A stretch of 62,945 nucleotides of DNA, counting the filler, from Hyphochytrium catenoides (lineage: Eukaryota > Protista > Hyphochytriomycota): assembly GCA_900088475.1 (NCBI GenBank). It is 9 parts of 9 records of this genome, joined end to end, with 100 filler letters (N's around TTAATTAATTAA, not from the genome) between each part and the next. Parts side by side here need not be neighbours in the genome. Positions count along the whole stretch, not along the records: positions 1 to 7,540 come from FLMG01000085.1; positions 7,641 to 23,818 come from FLMG01002228.1; 7 more parts are not named here. One strand, 5' to 3'. Under the pieces are notes generated by a model. It was given only the letters and a program-made list of their open reading frames with translations, was not told the DNA's origin and ran no database searches. The stretch's first letter is position 1. Each line of letters starts with the position of its first letter. The translations under genes were made by a program, and so were the position numbers. This document shows, piece by piece, positions 1 through 14,000 of this stretch.

Positions 1-599
1 GAAGGGATGCTAAGAGAGCAACAAGTAGAGAGCGAGAGAAGAGCCGTTCCTTACTTGTTGCTTCTTTCTCTCGTCTCTGTCTCTCTCTCTCTCGCACGCG
101 CGCCTCTTTGCATGGCAGTGCGTTCTTCTCCTACTCAGAGAAGAGAATGGCAACTGTATGACAGACTCACAGGGTGGAAGAGATGCATTCACTGTTAAGC
201 TCAGCCCTTCTTGGGCAGAGAGAGAGAGAGAGAGAGAGTTAGCGCAGGGAGAGAGAGAGACTCTCGCGTATGGTACATAAAAGCTTGAGCATACTTATCT
301 GGTCGACACTTTCCCTACTCCCTCTCTCTCTCTCTTCTCCTCTTATACCCTCCCTCTCTCTCCCTATGTCTCTACCCTGTCTCCCTCTTTCCTTACATCT
401 GTCTCTCCTGTGCTCTCTCTCTCTCTTCCCTTCTCCTCTGCCTCCCTCTGTCTTCCTTTCTCTTCTCCTGTCTTCAACTCTAACCTTCTCTCTTCCCCTT
501 TCTGATGGTCCTCTCCTTGCTCTTCACATCTCTCTCTCTTTCTTCAAGTCTCTTTCTGTCTTTCCTGTTTGAGATGTAGAATTTATATTTTTATCGCAG

Positions 600-870
600 A
601 GCAGTACCAAGAGAGACGCGGTCATAAGAAGGCAGCGGCATGCACAATGCCCAGCGAGTCCGGGCCAAGCCTTCGGGCTGTCTCTCTTCTTCATCAGGGC
701 TTCCAAGTCGGAAAAGTAACAGCTATAGAGGGGGAAGACTACTCTTTATGAAGAGAGAGAGAGAGATATAACACACAGAGAGGGGAGGAAGAGAGATGCA
801 GGAAAGAAAGAAAAAGGAAAGAATGTGAGAGAGAGAGAGAGAGTGAGAGAAAAGAGGGAGCAAGGGGGGA

Positions 871-902
<32 letters not shown>

Positions 903-1099
903 GAGAGAGAGAGAGAAAAGTGAGAGAGCGAAGAGAGAGAGAGAAAAGAGAGAGAAAAGAGAGGAAGAGAGGGAGAGAGAGAGAGAGAAAGACAGAGAGA
1001 AAAGAGAGAAAGGGAGACTTTCGTTGACAGCCATTCATCGTCCGCCCTCTAAGAAGCAATTATCCCGTACTGGCCGCTAACGTTATTGTGGAGCTATGA
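600..1099 (+). CDS. Possible last two exons (600-715, 1031-1099) of an unidentified gene
   Basis: CAG acceptor ending 599, AAA|GTAACA donor at 716, AG-microsatellite intron, CAG acceptor ending 1030. Phase-0 join reads ...HQGFQVGK|PFIVRPLRSNYPVLAANVIVEL*. No family recognised. Confidence 0.3.
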
Positions 1100-1652
1100 A
1101 TGTGCCCACAGAAAGAGAGGACTTGGGACTTGGTGCTGTACCTTCGTGTCTCTCTCCCCTACCCTCTCCCTCTCTCCGCCTCTCGGGCTGTCCCTCTCCT
1201 TCTCTCTCTCTGTGTCTATCCCCATCTGTTTGTGTCTCTCTTTGTTTGTCTCTCTCTCTCTTCTGTCTGCTTCTCTCTCTCCTCTGTCTCTCTCTTTTGT
1301 CTGTCTCTTTGGTGCTCCTCTGTTCCCTCTTTCTCTCTTTCTTCTCCTCCTCCTCCCACATCCAATAAAAATGGCTGTGTGAGCCCCCACTCCTCCGCGG
1401 CCATCATCCTCCTCTCCCAGTCCACCTTACTTTCCTGCAGGAGCTCCATCTGATCTCTCTCTCTCTCTCTCTCTCGCTACTTTTTCATAGAGTAGACACA
1501 GGGAAGCCCTACTGCGCTCTCTCTTGGCAAGCCGATCTTTCTCTCTCTGTGTCTCTCCTGAGTCGTCTCCTGGACAAAAAGAGAGAGAGAAAGGCGTTAT
1601 AGAAGACGACAGGAGCCGTGTGGCGTCTCTCTCTTATTTCCAAGGAGGAAAG

Positions 1653-1835
1653 ATGACGCTGGCGGGGCGGAAAGCTTGGAAGCTGAAGAAGAGCGGCCCG
1701 TCCAAGTGGCAGAGCGGCGGCCAGCAGCGGCCGTCCAAGGCCCAAAGTAGCGGGAAGAAGTTCAGGCCGCCAGAAAGTAAGAAGAGCTTTAACTTGGTCA
1801 GGTCACCACCGCAGCAGCAACAAGGTTAGACGTGG

Positions 1836-1871
<36 letters not shown>

Positions 1872-2711
1872 CTCTCTCTTTCTTTGTCGCTCTTTCTTTC
1901 TTCCTTCCTTGCCGGTATCTGCCAGACCTTCTTCTTCCGCCCCGCGTCTCTGTTTCGTTTCCTTGCCTCTCTTGGATTTTCCTTGTCTCTCTCTCTCCCT
2001 TTTTACTCTCTCTCTCTTCCAATCGATGCGCGGTCCGCTGACTTTGTTCCCATGCCCTGCCCGTGTCTCGCCTACAGGTGGCCGAGGAATCAGACAGGGA
2101 GAAAGCTCGGAGAGAAAGGAAAAGCCTTCTCTCGAGAGCTTGCTAGCCTCCTCTTCCGCGCCAGATCTTCTCTCTCGTCGCATCGTCTTCCACAAGTCGA
2201 CTCTTCCAAACACAGGGTACAATCCTGCCGGACGCTCCTCTGGCTATTCTTCTCTCTCTTTCTCTCTTTCTTCTTCCTCGTCATCGTCCTTGAAGCGTCC
2301 TCTCTCTCTCTCCCCGAAAGTGACTGCCGATGGCTTAGAGCTGCCTTGCAATGACCGAGCGCTGGTGAGAGAGGAGACAGTGCATGAGTACTTGGTCTGG
2401 AAGAGAGCCACAAAGATTGGTCCAGGGCTGTACAACCTTGGAAACACTTGCTTTCTTAACAGCGTCCTTCAGTGTCTCGCGTACACGCCGCCTCTCTCTC
2501 AGTATCTCCTCCACAACGGAAAAGAAGCACATGGAGGAGGAGTTGATAAGGGAGAGAAGGGCTTTGACATGCTAAGATTGTTGGCTCACCACGTATCGAA
2601 GACTTTCTCGGCCGGCGGGAGCAATCCGATCGCGCCCAAGGCTATTGCTACCAATATCAGAGCCCTAGGAAGGCAGTTCCGGATTGGGAGACAGGTGAGA
2701 GAGAGAGAGAG

Positions 2712-2766
<55 letters not shown>

Positions 2767-3410
2767 TCGGGGTGAGGGGGGAAGAGACAGAGAGAGTGAA
2801 AAGGCGATCTCGTTCCATGCGCTCATTTACGCTTAACGCTCTGACTTTAGGTCTCACTACTCTTTGCGATAGCCTGCTTCAGGGCCCAATCTTCTACTTC
2901 TTGTTTGCGAGCACTAACTCTCTCTCTCTTTGTCCCTTCTCTCTGTTTGTCATTCCGGGCCATTGCCCTGCGTCGACATTCATTTCCTATGTGAACAACC
3001 TGCTCGTCCTTGTCTTCAGGAAGATGCACACGAGTTCCTTCGATGCGTCATAGAAGGTCTGCAGAAGAGTTGCCTGCGCTCTGCGCGGCTGAAAGAGAAT
3101 GCAGGGAGGCTGACAGAGACGACGATTGTACACAGAGTCTTCGGGGGATACCTGCGGAGTCAGGTGCGGCAGCTAGTCTACTCTTTCTCTCTCAATTCAT
3201 TGCTCCCCTCTCACTTCCTATCTCTCTCTCTCTCTTGCTCTCCTCCGTTCTGATTTTGTTCCTCGCGCATTAATCTTTTTGCCGCTTCTTTGATTTATGC
3301 TGCTCACATGCAAACGTCAGCCTCGCTAAAACTCACAATTGATTCATAATCCCCGTCTAACACGTCTCTCTGTCTCTTTCCCTCTCGCTTGCTTGCTTTC
3401 TCTCTCTCTG

Positions 3411-3443
<33 letters not shown>

Positions 3444-5682
3444 CCCTCCCTCTCTGGGTTCCTCTCGTTTCAGGTGCGCTGTACAGTGTGCCCATATGCC
3501 TCAAACACTTTCGATCCGATGCTGGACCTTTGCCTAGAGCTTGCACCCGGAGTAGACTCCATCTATCAAGCTCTAAAGCACTACACCGGCATCGAGACTC
3601 TAGATCGCGAGAACATGTGGAAGTGTGACGGCTGCAATAGAAAAGTTAGGGCCAAGAAGCAGCTGACCATTCGAAAGGCGCCTAATGTCCTCACGATCCA
3701 ACTGAAGAGATTCAACTATGGCGGGAAGATAAACAAGTATGTGGCCTATAAGGAGAGTCTCAATGTTGCAGAGTTTATGAGCGATAAGAAGGTAAGAATC
3801 GCGGGAGAGAGGTTGAGAGGAGAGAGACTAAAAGAGGAGAGAGAGAGAGCGCAAGGTTATGAGAGGGCCACTCAATCTCCTCGCTTCCAGTGTAGTGCGT
3901 TGCCAGTCTACTTCTTCCCAATCTCCCTATCTCTCCTACTCTCTCTCTTTCTCTCTCTCTCTCTCTTTGTGTCCATGTTATCTGTTTCGACTTTCGTCTC
4001 TCTTTTCTGTCACATGACTTTCTTTCTGTTGACGCTTCCTTTGTCAGGAGAGAGCATCCTCTTGCCAGTATCAGCTCTATGGCGTCCTCGTTCACTATGG
4101 ACACAGCACGAACTCGGGTCATTACTATGCCTTTGTCAGGAACTCTACAGGCACGTGGCATCGAATGGACGACTCCTCTGTCTCTCGAGTGAGTCTAGAC
4201 ACTGTGCTCAGCCAGAAGGCATACATTCTCTTCTATGTCAGGACTCCAGCGAAAGATGAGAACAGGAAGAAGGAAGTTGAGGCAACTCCTCTCTCGTCGG
4301 CAACCTCTGCCAGTAACAAAGAGGAGAAACGGAAGAAAGAAGTGGCTAAGAGCAAGGCAGAAGCTACGGTTGAGAGTGTCTTCAGGGCCATGCAGGATAG
4401 TGAGGAGATGAAGAAAGCCGAGAAAGCCGCAGCGCTAGCGAAGAAGGAAGAAGTTAGAGAGGAAAAGCAAAAAGAGATAGGAGGCAAAGAGTCAAGACAG
4501 ACAGAGAAGAAAGGAGAGTGGGAAGAAGGGAAGAACTCGAATCCCGACCTGGCGAGCTTTGTAAGCAGATGGAAGGCCACCGCAGAAGCTCCTCTTCTTA
4601 AGAGAGTGTTCGTGGACGAAGAGGAGGCGAAGCAGAAAGAAGGACCAGAGCCAAAGGTAGAGGAGGATGATCTAGGAGAGAAAGTAGTGGAAAGGAAAAG
4701 AGAGAAGGCATCAAAAGCTCCTTCTTCCGTTCGTGGAGCGCTACCGGCACCTAAGCAAGGGAAGGGAGAGAACAAGCAGAACCTTTCTCTCCTAGCAAAA
4801 GAGGATGACAGCGACTTTGATGGCTCTTCTCCTCCACCTTCGGACACTGTCTCGCCCGAGATGGTACAGAAGGCGTCTACCTTTGATGTGGACGTCATCC
4901 GCAAAGTCTCCCCAAGTAGACACAGAGAGCTCTGTCGCCTTCGTCGCTCCTCTTCCTCCTCTTTTGGGGCACGGCCTCTCTTCTTCTCCCGGCTCAACCG
5001 CCTCTATTTGGGCTCCAAACTTGTGGCCTCACTCTCTCTGTCCGCCTCGGGGTCCAAGCTGAAGCAAGGAGCAGCTGTGAGGCGGAATCTAGGTGATGCA
5101 TTTGGCGCTTCCCCTGACAGAAACTCTCAGGAAATAGACGAAAGAGTGGAAAGAGGCGAAGAAGAGATACGGAAGAGTATCAGCGAGACACCTGCCCTAG
5201 CAAGAAAGAGTCGCGAGGGGTCCGTACCTCTTCCGCGCACAGCGGAAAAAGCAGAGAAAGAGGAGATGGCACAAGGAAAAGAGAAGCCTCTTCTCAACCG
5301 AGCTCAAGAGGGGAAAGTGCTGCTTACTGGCAAGAAGAGAAAGGGTGAATGGGCTCCAGAGAAAGACTTTGGAGGCTACGGGCTGCTCGGTAGATCTGTG
5401 AACCAGTGGGCGGACGAAGAGAAAGAGGTGGATGAGACAGAGAGACAGCAGCAAAAGGAGCACAACCGACTGCTGCGCGAGGCTCTGAAAGAAGAGAGAG
5501 AGAGGAAACAAAGGGCAAGGCTGGACGAATGGGATGCTGCGATAGACACAGGCAAGGTGAAGAAGGTGAAGAACAAGGGAGAGCAGCGGAATGACGTTGG
5601 AAGAAGCCCAGGCGTCAACCCCTTCCAGAGAGCTGCAGAAGAGAAGCAACGGGCCAAGCGGGCGGCGTATCAAGGAGCCTGA
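1653..5682 (+). CDS. Ubiquitin-specific protease, USP36/USP42 (plant UBP23)-like; exons 1653-1824, 2078-2694, 3020-3163, 3474-3791, 4048-5682
   Basis: Cys box GLYNLGNTCFLNSVLQCL, GRQ|EDAHEF, Zn ribbon CTVC...WKCDGC, His box YGVLVHYGHSTNSGHYYAFV, WHRMDDS...AYILFY. C-terminal DEWDAAIDTGKVKKVK resembles the USP36 nucleolar tail. All four introns are GT-AG and phase-consistent. Confidence 0.93.
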
Positions 5683-6100
5683 TGGAGGAAAATTCTGCAA
5701 ATTCGCGTCGATCCTATCTCTCTTCAGTCTTTGAGCCTCAATCTCAACTCTCTCCCTTTTCTCTCTCTCTTTTCTTTCCCTCTCTCTCTCTCTCTCTCAC
5801 ACACTCTCTCTCTCTTTCTCTCTCTCTTTCTTTCTTCTTGCCTGTCTGCTTCTCTCTCTCTCTCTCCCCCTACCCCTCAGTGCTTGTATTGACCTCGCTT
5901 CATGATATTTTGTGGTCTAGACCGGCTTATGTTTGGGTATTATGACGGCTGGGTTGCGTCATTTATAGGAGGTGGAGGCTTATTTATGAGAACATAAGAA
6001 TGTGTTATCAAACTCTATCGTTTGTTAGTACTGTAGACAGGGGAGGGCTGCATGACCCCCGTCGTAGGCGTTACAAATTCCCTCTTCTCTCTCTCTCTCA

Positions 6101-6136
<36 letters not shown>

Positions 6137-6461
6137 TTTCTCTCCCTTTCTCGCTCCTTTCTCTCTCCCTCTCTCGCGCCTTCTTCTCTCTCTCTCTCCC
6201 TCTCTCTTTTCTCTCTTCTTTTCGCTCTCTCTGATTCCCTCTTTCTCTTCAGTCTCTATTCATTCGGGGCCATCCCCGTCTGGCTCTTCAGCTTCATTGC
6301 CGCCGATGCCTCCTAGTGAGTTGTCTCCGTCCGCAATTGCTGCCCCTCATCCTGGCGAGGATCTTCTTTCTCTCTCTCTCTCCTTTTTCTTTGAAGGCGA
6401 TTGCTCAAACAGTAAAAGGGTGAAACACTTTGTCGGGCTGGGAGGCATCTCTATTCTCTCT

Positions 6462-6502
<41 letters not shown>

Positions 6503-6988
6503 TTATGTCTCTTTCTCTCCAATTTCATCTCTGTTCAGCGCTTTTCTTCAAATCCTTGGCTTCTACTTCTTACCTTTCTTGTCTCTGTCCCGCCCCTAGC
6601 TCCTTCTCTATCGTCGTTGTATTCTTCTCTTTTTCTCAATCTCTCTTCTCTGTCTCTTCTCTCTCTCTCTCTCTCTTTCTCTTTCTTTCCTCGTCTCTTC
6701 CCGTTTCTCTCTTCGTCCCACTTCTTGTCAGTCGCGCGCTTTCTGTCTCCTGACAGGCGGCAGAAGGGTGCTAAGATGATAGAATGAAGAGGAGAGGGAG
6801 GAGAAAAGGAGAGCAACCTGCATAGCAACCTGCTGGGGTTCTCTCCATATTCTCAAGTCCTCTAAGGCATGAGGCAGACTTAGGCCTCTCAAATATTTTT
6901 GCCACTCTCTCTCTGTCTGTCTGTCTGTCTCTCTCTCGCTCTCTCTCTCGCTCTCTCCGTTCTCTGCCCCCTACTTTTGAACTGGGTC

Positions 6989-7540
6989 ATGAGGGACAAA
7001 AATGAGAGGACGGCCACCACCCCAACCTCTAACAGAATGGCTGCGTCTCCCCTCAGCCAGAAACAACATCCTGAAGCTCTCTCTCTCCGATCTTCTCCTT
7101 CTCAGAAGCCTCTCTCTTCCGCTCTCTCCCCTCTGACGAGCAACAAGTCTCTCCTGGCATCGAGAGGAGAGAGCTATCTCGCTTCCCCTTCTTTCTCTCC
7201 CACTTCACCTCTCTGGAGCGCTAAGAAGCCCCTACACTCTGGCTCGCCAGTGGCAGGAGGATGGAAGAAAGAGAGGAACAACGTCGAGAGAGAAAGAGAA
7301 GACAGCAGAAGAGAGAGGAGAGAGAGAAAGATGGAAGATACAAAGAGAAAACCTTGGGTGGAGCCCATAAGCCCGCTGCACAAGAAAGAGAGCTCCCTCA
7401 CTGCTGCTTCTCGTTCCTCTCTCTCCAACTCTTCTTCCCTGCCCACCAGCAGCTATAGCATCTCTCTTTGGGCTGATGACCTAGAGTTCATCACACGGAG
7501 AGAGAGAGAACAAATGAGAGACAGGGAAGAGAAAGAGAAA
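6989..7540 (+). CDS. Possible Ser/Pro-rich N-terminal exon of an unknown gene, truncated by the linker
   Basis: Open frame MRDKNERTATTPTS... running into the gap; low complexity, no domain recognised. Confidence 0.25.
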
Positions 7541-7640
7541 NNNNNNNNNNNNNNNNNNNNNNNNNNNNNNNNNNNNNNNNNNNNTTAATTAATTAANNNN
7601 NNNNNNNNNNNNNNNNNNNNNNNNNNNNNNNNNNNNNNNN
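7541..7640. other. Artificial contig linker; identical linkers at 23819-23918, 29765-29864, 32338-32437, 51677-51776, 54263-54362, 59452-59551 and 61582-61681
   Basis: 44 N + TTAATTAATTAA (stops in all six frames) + 44 N, occurring eight times in the window. Confidence 0.97.
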
Positions 7641-8088
7641 TCTCTCTTCTCTCTCTCTCTCTCCTCTCTCTCTCTCGCTCTCTTTCTCTTTCTCTCTTTT
7701 CTATCTCTGCGTGACTCGCACGCCTCTCTCCTCCTGCCAAGGTCGTCCATCCAGCTCACCTCGACGGTCCCTCTCCAGGCTGGATGCAGGTGTCCGAATC
7801 GCGTAGAGGTTGGTCTGGCTCGTCGAGCGGGAGATCTACATCCAGAAGGAATCCGCCAGAAAGAATGATGGGATTTTGAAAGAAGAAGGAAAGGGGCAAA
7901 GGGAGACCATGCAAGTAGCTCTCCCTCGCTGTCCCTTTCGTCCTCTCTCTATGGCGAGGATGTCTGAGCTTTACGTCTAGGGACAGAAAGAGATAACGGG
8001 CCCAGATCACTAAACGACAAAGAGCTTTGCGGGGCTAGAGGATGGGAGACGGTACGGAAATCGTCCGAACCCGTTGGAGGCTCAAAGG

Positions 8089-11000
8089 ATGAGTTTAGGG
8101 TCAGGCGTTGCTGGCAAGGATGTACAATCAGCGCTGCAGCAGGCCCCGTATCCCTGGACTCAGTACTTTGACGAGACAGTAATCCGCTCTAGTCCTTCCT
8201 CTACTATCATGCTTTAGATGTGCTCCGCTGTTCGCCACCTGGTGCCTCCTGTTCCCTGTTTCACACCCTTTGGCGTCTTAGATGAGACAGTGCTTCCTTT
8301 CTCATGACCAGTTACTGTCCTTCTCCGATCTCCATATCCTACGAGCCGCACGCTATCCCTCTCCAATGACTGTCTCGTATCTCCCCTCTCATAACTGCCT
8401 AGTCTCTGTTCTAAGGTCTCTCTCCTCGCTCCCCTCTCCCCCCCAAACCGGCGCTCTCGTTATCATCTTCTCCTCCTTTTCTTCTCACTTTCTTCCTCTC
8501 TCTCTCTCATCCTCTTCTCTCGCTATCCTAATCTTCTCAAAGTCTTTTTCTCCTAATATTACCAAGTCTGTCCAATGGAGCATTGTCCACTTCGCGCCTT
8601 CTTGGCATCTGCTCACACAGCTCAATGTCTGACAACAAACTCTTCCTTGTCGTCTTTTCTTCCTCGGCCAGGGTCGACCTTATTATTACAATGTTGAGTC
8701 AGGAGAGTCGCGGTGGGAGCTGGAAGACAGGGGCCAGAGCGCTGAAGAGAGTGGTTCCTACTCGGCTCTACACTTCCAGCAGCATCGCCCGTCAGGTCTT
8801 CAGGTAAACAACTTATACCAGTATGCCCTTGCGCTCTCCCTTCTCTCTCTCTCCCCAAACGTTGACTGGCGTTTTTTTCTCCGTTCCTATCTTTGGTTTC
8901 CGCTCTGTTGGGGTCCTTTCTTCTCTTTTCTCTCTCCTCTCTCCTTTCTTTGTCTCTCTACCTGTTTCTCTTGGGCTTCTCTCTCGTGAGCGTTGCGGTT
9001 CCCTACTCCTTGATCCCTTAAGGCTGCCATGGTTCTTTCACTTCTTTCTATCCCACTGTTCCCCTGACCGGCATGCGCATTCTTAGGTGGATCCCCAAAG
9101 CTTACGGACGGCTGCCCAGTGGGTGGAGTGCCTTGATCCCTCGACAGGGGCGGTCTATTATTATAACACTGCCACCATTGAATCCCAGGCAAGGAGCTGC
9201 CTCTCTGTTCTCCCTATTAATCTCCTTTCTTGAAATATTCTGCTTGCTGTCTCTCCCTCGTTTGTAGCGATCTCTGCCCCTCTGTTACGCTCTCTGGCCG
9301 TATGATCTACTACCATTATGCTTGGGCTCCGCCTGCTGTCCAGCTATGTGCTCAAAGGTTTGGTCTTCCCCATGGTACTAGTGTATCAGCTGCCAAGTGC
9401 GCTTTCTGCGCTTTCGCTTTATGCTTCTTAACAAGTTCTACTCAAATTCCCATATAAAGAGCTAGTGCTCCTCTTGGGCCTCGCGGGCTTACGGATATCT
9501 CTCTCTTGTTTCCTCTCCCTCTTCCTTTTGTCTCGTTAGTGGGAGAAGCCTGAAGGTTTCAGCTCCTCTGGGTCACCCCGAAGAGTCTCTCCCACGACTC
9601 TCATGCAGTCTCCGACAAGTCGTAAGACCAGCAGTCTGGGGGCACCATCTCCAGCCGAAGGCTCTCAGAAGAGAAATGGGCCCAGGAGAGATGAGGCTAC
9701 TGTCCAGGGAGACAATATTGTTTCGCCGTCCCTGGGACCAGAGGACATGGCACTCCTTTCTAAAGACAGCTTCTACGAGCTGGGGAAGGGAATTCTCTCT
9801 CCTCCCAGCGGCACCCAGGGCTCCCAAGCAGTGGGAGAAGACGATAGAGTGGGAGGCGGTGAACGCGGAGACCTGCTTGATAATAAGGAGATATCTCGGG
9901 GCTTCCCCTCAATGGCCAGCATCAGCATTCTGAACGATGAAGTCCTAGGCTGCTCTCCGGCTTTGGACATTGACGAAGATGACCTGGACTCCGCCCGCCT
10001 CCTCTCGGACTCAGATTTGTCTTCCTATCTCTCTCTCTCTCTCCCGGCCTCAACACCCAGTTCCTCTTCGAAGCTACCATCAATCTCTGTCCCTTCATCT
10101 CCAGAGTGCAAAGATTACCCGGCCTCTAAGAAAGCATCAGGAGAGGACAGGAGCCTTCCTCGTCTTCCTTCTCTTCCCACTCAAAAAGGAGAAGTGAAGA
10201 GAACCTCATCCATTGCCAGTGTAAAGATTATGGAGGACTTCAGAGATATGCAAAATAGTTCTTCCTCTCGCTCTCCGTCTGCCCGCACCTCCCTCTCTCC
10301 CTCCTCCTCACGTATGTTGTCGCCTGCTATTGGAGCTATTTCCGAAGGAGAGGCCCAGCAGTTCTCTTTACTAGAGACAAGAGAGGTAGTTGGAAAGACA
10401 AGGGCTCGGCAGAACACCGGCAGAAGGAAGAAATCTTTAGTCTCTATCTCTCGTGCTCTCTCCTCAATACCTCCACCAATGAAAGGGCCACTCTCTCACT
10501 CTGAGGAACAGGGTCAGACTACTTTCTCAGGCCCCTCCCTTATCCGTGAGACAATGGCTACGTCTTCTCCTATATCTGTCTTATCTCCTCTATCATCTTC
10601 CACCTCGTCAAGAGTGGGACCTCCTATCACTGAAGAAGGACATCATGAAATCGAGGACCCAGGGGCTGTTGACACGACGACGGGGACGCTTGTGGTTGGA
10701 GAAGAAGGAGAGAGGAGAGAAGAGACAGTCCAGGGAGATAATAAAGAGGAGGAGGACCAGCTTTCAGTAACAACAACAAAGAGAATCGAGGAGGAGGTGC
10801 AAGCTGCAACACGACCAACGGAGAGAGAGGCAGGTGAAGAGAGACTGGAGAAAGAGGAGGCGCCAGCAAGTCTCTCAGGGAAGGAGTCAAGTACAGCTAA
10901 GCTCTCTCAGGATAAGAGTAACAGCGCCCGTGGAGACCTGGAGAGCAACGTGATAGAAGGTAGTGAACCGACGGCAGGGGCTCAAAGTCAACCAAAAGTG

Positions 11001-14000
11001 GAGCAAGCAGAAGCTCAGACAAAAAGACCCGAAGACTTAGTGCAGCAACTGGGACAAGAGGAGATTGACGCGAAGGAAGACAAGGGATTAAATATTGGTG
11101 GGGGAGAAAGTGGGTCAGTGCTAATGGAAGAACGGCTAAAGCCAGCTGGAGATAGCGGGACAAACCTTACCGAGGAGCACAGTATGATAGCAGTGGCGCT
11201 GACGAAGAAGAAGGAAGTAGAGGAGAATCGTGAGAATGAAGCGAAGACGGAAGAGAAAGTCGATGAGGAAGGTTTGAAGCCCAACCAAGAGGCCGAGAGG
11301 AAATTCGAGGCTCAAGACGGAAGACACCTACAAGAGGAAGTGCGTGGGGACGAAGGAAAGAAAACAGCGGACGTGCGGGTGGAAGAACGAGGAGTTAAAG
11401 AGCAGGAAGAAGGAAATAATAATACGCGAACTGCGGAAGAGAACTATCAGCTGAAAGAAGACAACCCGGAAGGGCAGGGAGAGGGGCAATGCCATGCAGA
11501 CGGAAGGAAGGACGTAGTGGCATGCAATGGAGAGAGGCATATTGAACATAAGATTGCAAGAGAAGAAGAGGAAGAAGACGGGGAGAATCAAAGAATGGAC
11601 AGTGGACATGGAGCACGAAGGGCGAGGGAGAATGAGACAGAAAGGAGGATAACGGAGCAGGAAATAGAAGGTACGATTCGAGCTGAAGAAGAAAGCAAAC
11701 TGTTGAAAGAACAAACAGGGGAAGAACAGAGGCAACAGCAACTGCTTGCAGACCAACAGGAGAAAAGGCAAGAAGAAGACAGGGCGGAGGTGGAAGGAGA
11801 GAAAGAGAAAGTAGAGAAGAGAAAAGCGGAGGAGGAAAAAGGCGAGCGCAGCAGAAACAGCGAGGGACTAGAACGGGATATCGAAGCTGAAATTACCGAG
11901 CAAACAGAGGAAGAGAATAACAGAAAATGCCTCCAAGAAGACCAACAACTGGCGGAGATTGGGAGATCAATGAATCTGAAGGAGAACGCGTTGAAAGGAG
12001 CACAAGAGCATGAAGACAGAGAGGAGGCAATGAAGCAGAGAACAGCAACAGATGAAGAAGAAGTGGAAGCCAAGAGCACTAGACGCCAAGATGAAGAAGA
12101 AAAATCATTGTCGCTCAAGCTACAGCGGAGAGAGGACGACGAACTGCTGGTGTCTGGAGAGAGAAAAGAGCACCAACAGAAAGAAGGAGAGCGAGGAAGA
12201 CGATCAGGAGATCTAGATAAAAAATCCGAGAGGGAGGAAGAGTTGAGTTTTGCAGGAGACAGTAAGAAGGTGGAGGTTGGGAACAATGCTGAGGAAGCGC
12301 ACAGCCTGTCAAATGGAAAGAAGACAGAGGAGCTGGGAAGAGAAGAGGAGAGTAAGAAGTCCGAAAGTGAGGAGAAGGGCAACGAGATAAGAGTCTCGGA
12401 GATGGAGATGCTGGTCCAGGGGAAGAGAGGCGAACTGAGTCAAGATGAGGAAGTGCCAGAGGTATCTGAGATATATGAGGAAGACAGCGGAGGCATCTTA
12501 GAAGAACTAGTTGTTAGGGCTGGCGCATCTGAGACTGAGGAAAGAGAAAGCGAAGAGATTCTAGAGCAAGAGGTTCAGAAGAGCCTAGAGCTTGTGCCTG
12601 TGCAAGCAGAAGAGACGAGAGTAATGGGAGGGGGAGAAGAAATGGCGAATGGAGGCGAGCAAAACGAGAAGGAAAGCATCGCGGCTGCTCACGAGACGAA
12701 GGACACAGAGCAGCTCCAATCGGAGGAGCAGAGAGCAGCTGAATCACAAAGTCTCTCCAATCTTCTTGAGAAGGAAGAGACTTACTCCTTTCCATCGTAC
12801 GAGGCTGAAGAGCTACAGATGGAGACTGAAGAGCAGAAGGAGGAGTTAATCAGTCTGGAGCCCACAGACAATGAAGAACAAAAGATGGCGCTGAAAGACA
12901 CTGATAATATGATTGAAATTCAGAGGGGAAAGCCAGATATCGCGCAGCCTCAAGACCAACGAGAGAGCTATGAAGGAGGAAGCGAAGAGCTCCCGATAGG
13001 AGGAAACCCCGTGGACCAGCAGCCCAACATAGGAGAAAAAGTTGACGAATTAGAAGGCTATGAAGATGAGTTCGAAACGGAGGTAGAGGAAGAGGCGAAA
13101 GGAAAGGAGCGAGAGCATAACCACGAGGTCCCCACCTCCAGAGAAGAGGCGGGGGGTAACGTGTCTACATCGATGGCTGATATGTCTCCTCCTTCTCCAT
13201 CTTTAACTTCGACTGCAGAAGACTTTCCTGCTTCTACATCCTTGCCAACTTCAGGACGTGGGACAGATAATGAGAAGCACACGGTGCCAGCCGTCATGAC
13301 TGTGAGGGAGGAGCCTTTAGATTCACTTAGTTCCCCGCCTCCTCCATCTCATTCGCCTCTGCCGTCTCATAACGTTTCAATTCTTCCTTCTATGGTTGAC
13401 AAGCTTCTGACAGAGCAAAAGCTGTCACCTTCAGTGCTGTCCTCATCCCTGCAAAAGCCAAGAGCAACCAAGAAGACAGTGCGCGGTCACAATAAACAGA
13501 TGGAGGCACTTCAGAAGAAGAATGGGGAGAAACTAGGTAATGCGGTGCAGAGGCGAAGCGAAGATCCCAAACCTTTAATAGAGCCTCAGGGCTCTCCTGG
13601 CACAAAGTTCAGTGAACAGCAACCACTTCAGGGCCGACCAATGATCCGTAGCATTCCTTCGAAGGCTAGAATGACAGGAGCGATGGAGAACGGAGGGAAG
13701 AAGACCACTGGAAAAGGACAAGTCACAAACACCTCTACTGCCTCCCTCTTCAAGAAGTCGACGATGTCGAATGACGAGGGCCCGACCTCGGCTATCACAT
13801 TAAAGGCGTCGTATCCTGAGAAGAGGAAGATTGCAGGCGCTCTAAAGTCCGGCGGTCACGAAGAAAGGTCTCGGAAAGTGCGAAAACAAGGGAAGAATCG
13901 TATTCCTTTGGGATCTGGCATTTCATTCTCTTCGTGGTCGAGGCCTAAAAGAAGTCTGGAGAAACCTAGAGTCAAAGATCTGCCGTCTGTTGTCTCTGCT

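Noticed and set aside
270-1453. Many LSLSLS/RERERE ORFs here and throughout the window
   Set aside because: Translations of (CT)n/(AG)n microsatellites.
7585-7596. Recurrent TTAATTAATTAA palindrome as a biological motif
   Set aside because: Always centred in 44+44 N; it is a six-frame-stop assembly spacer.
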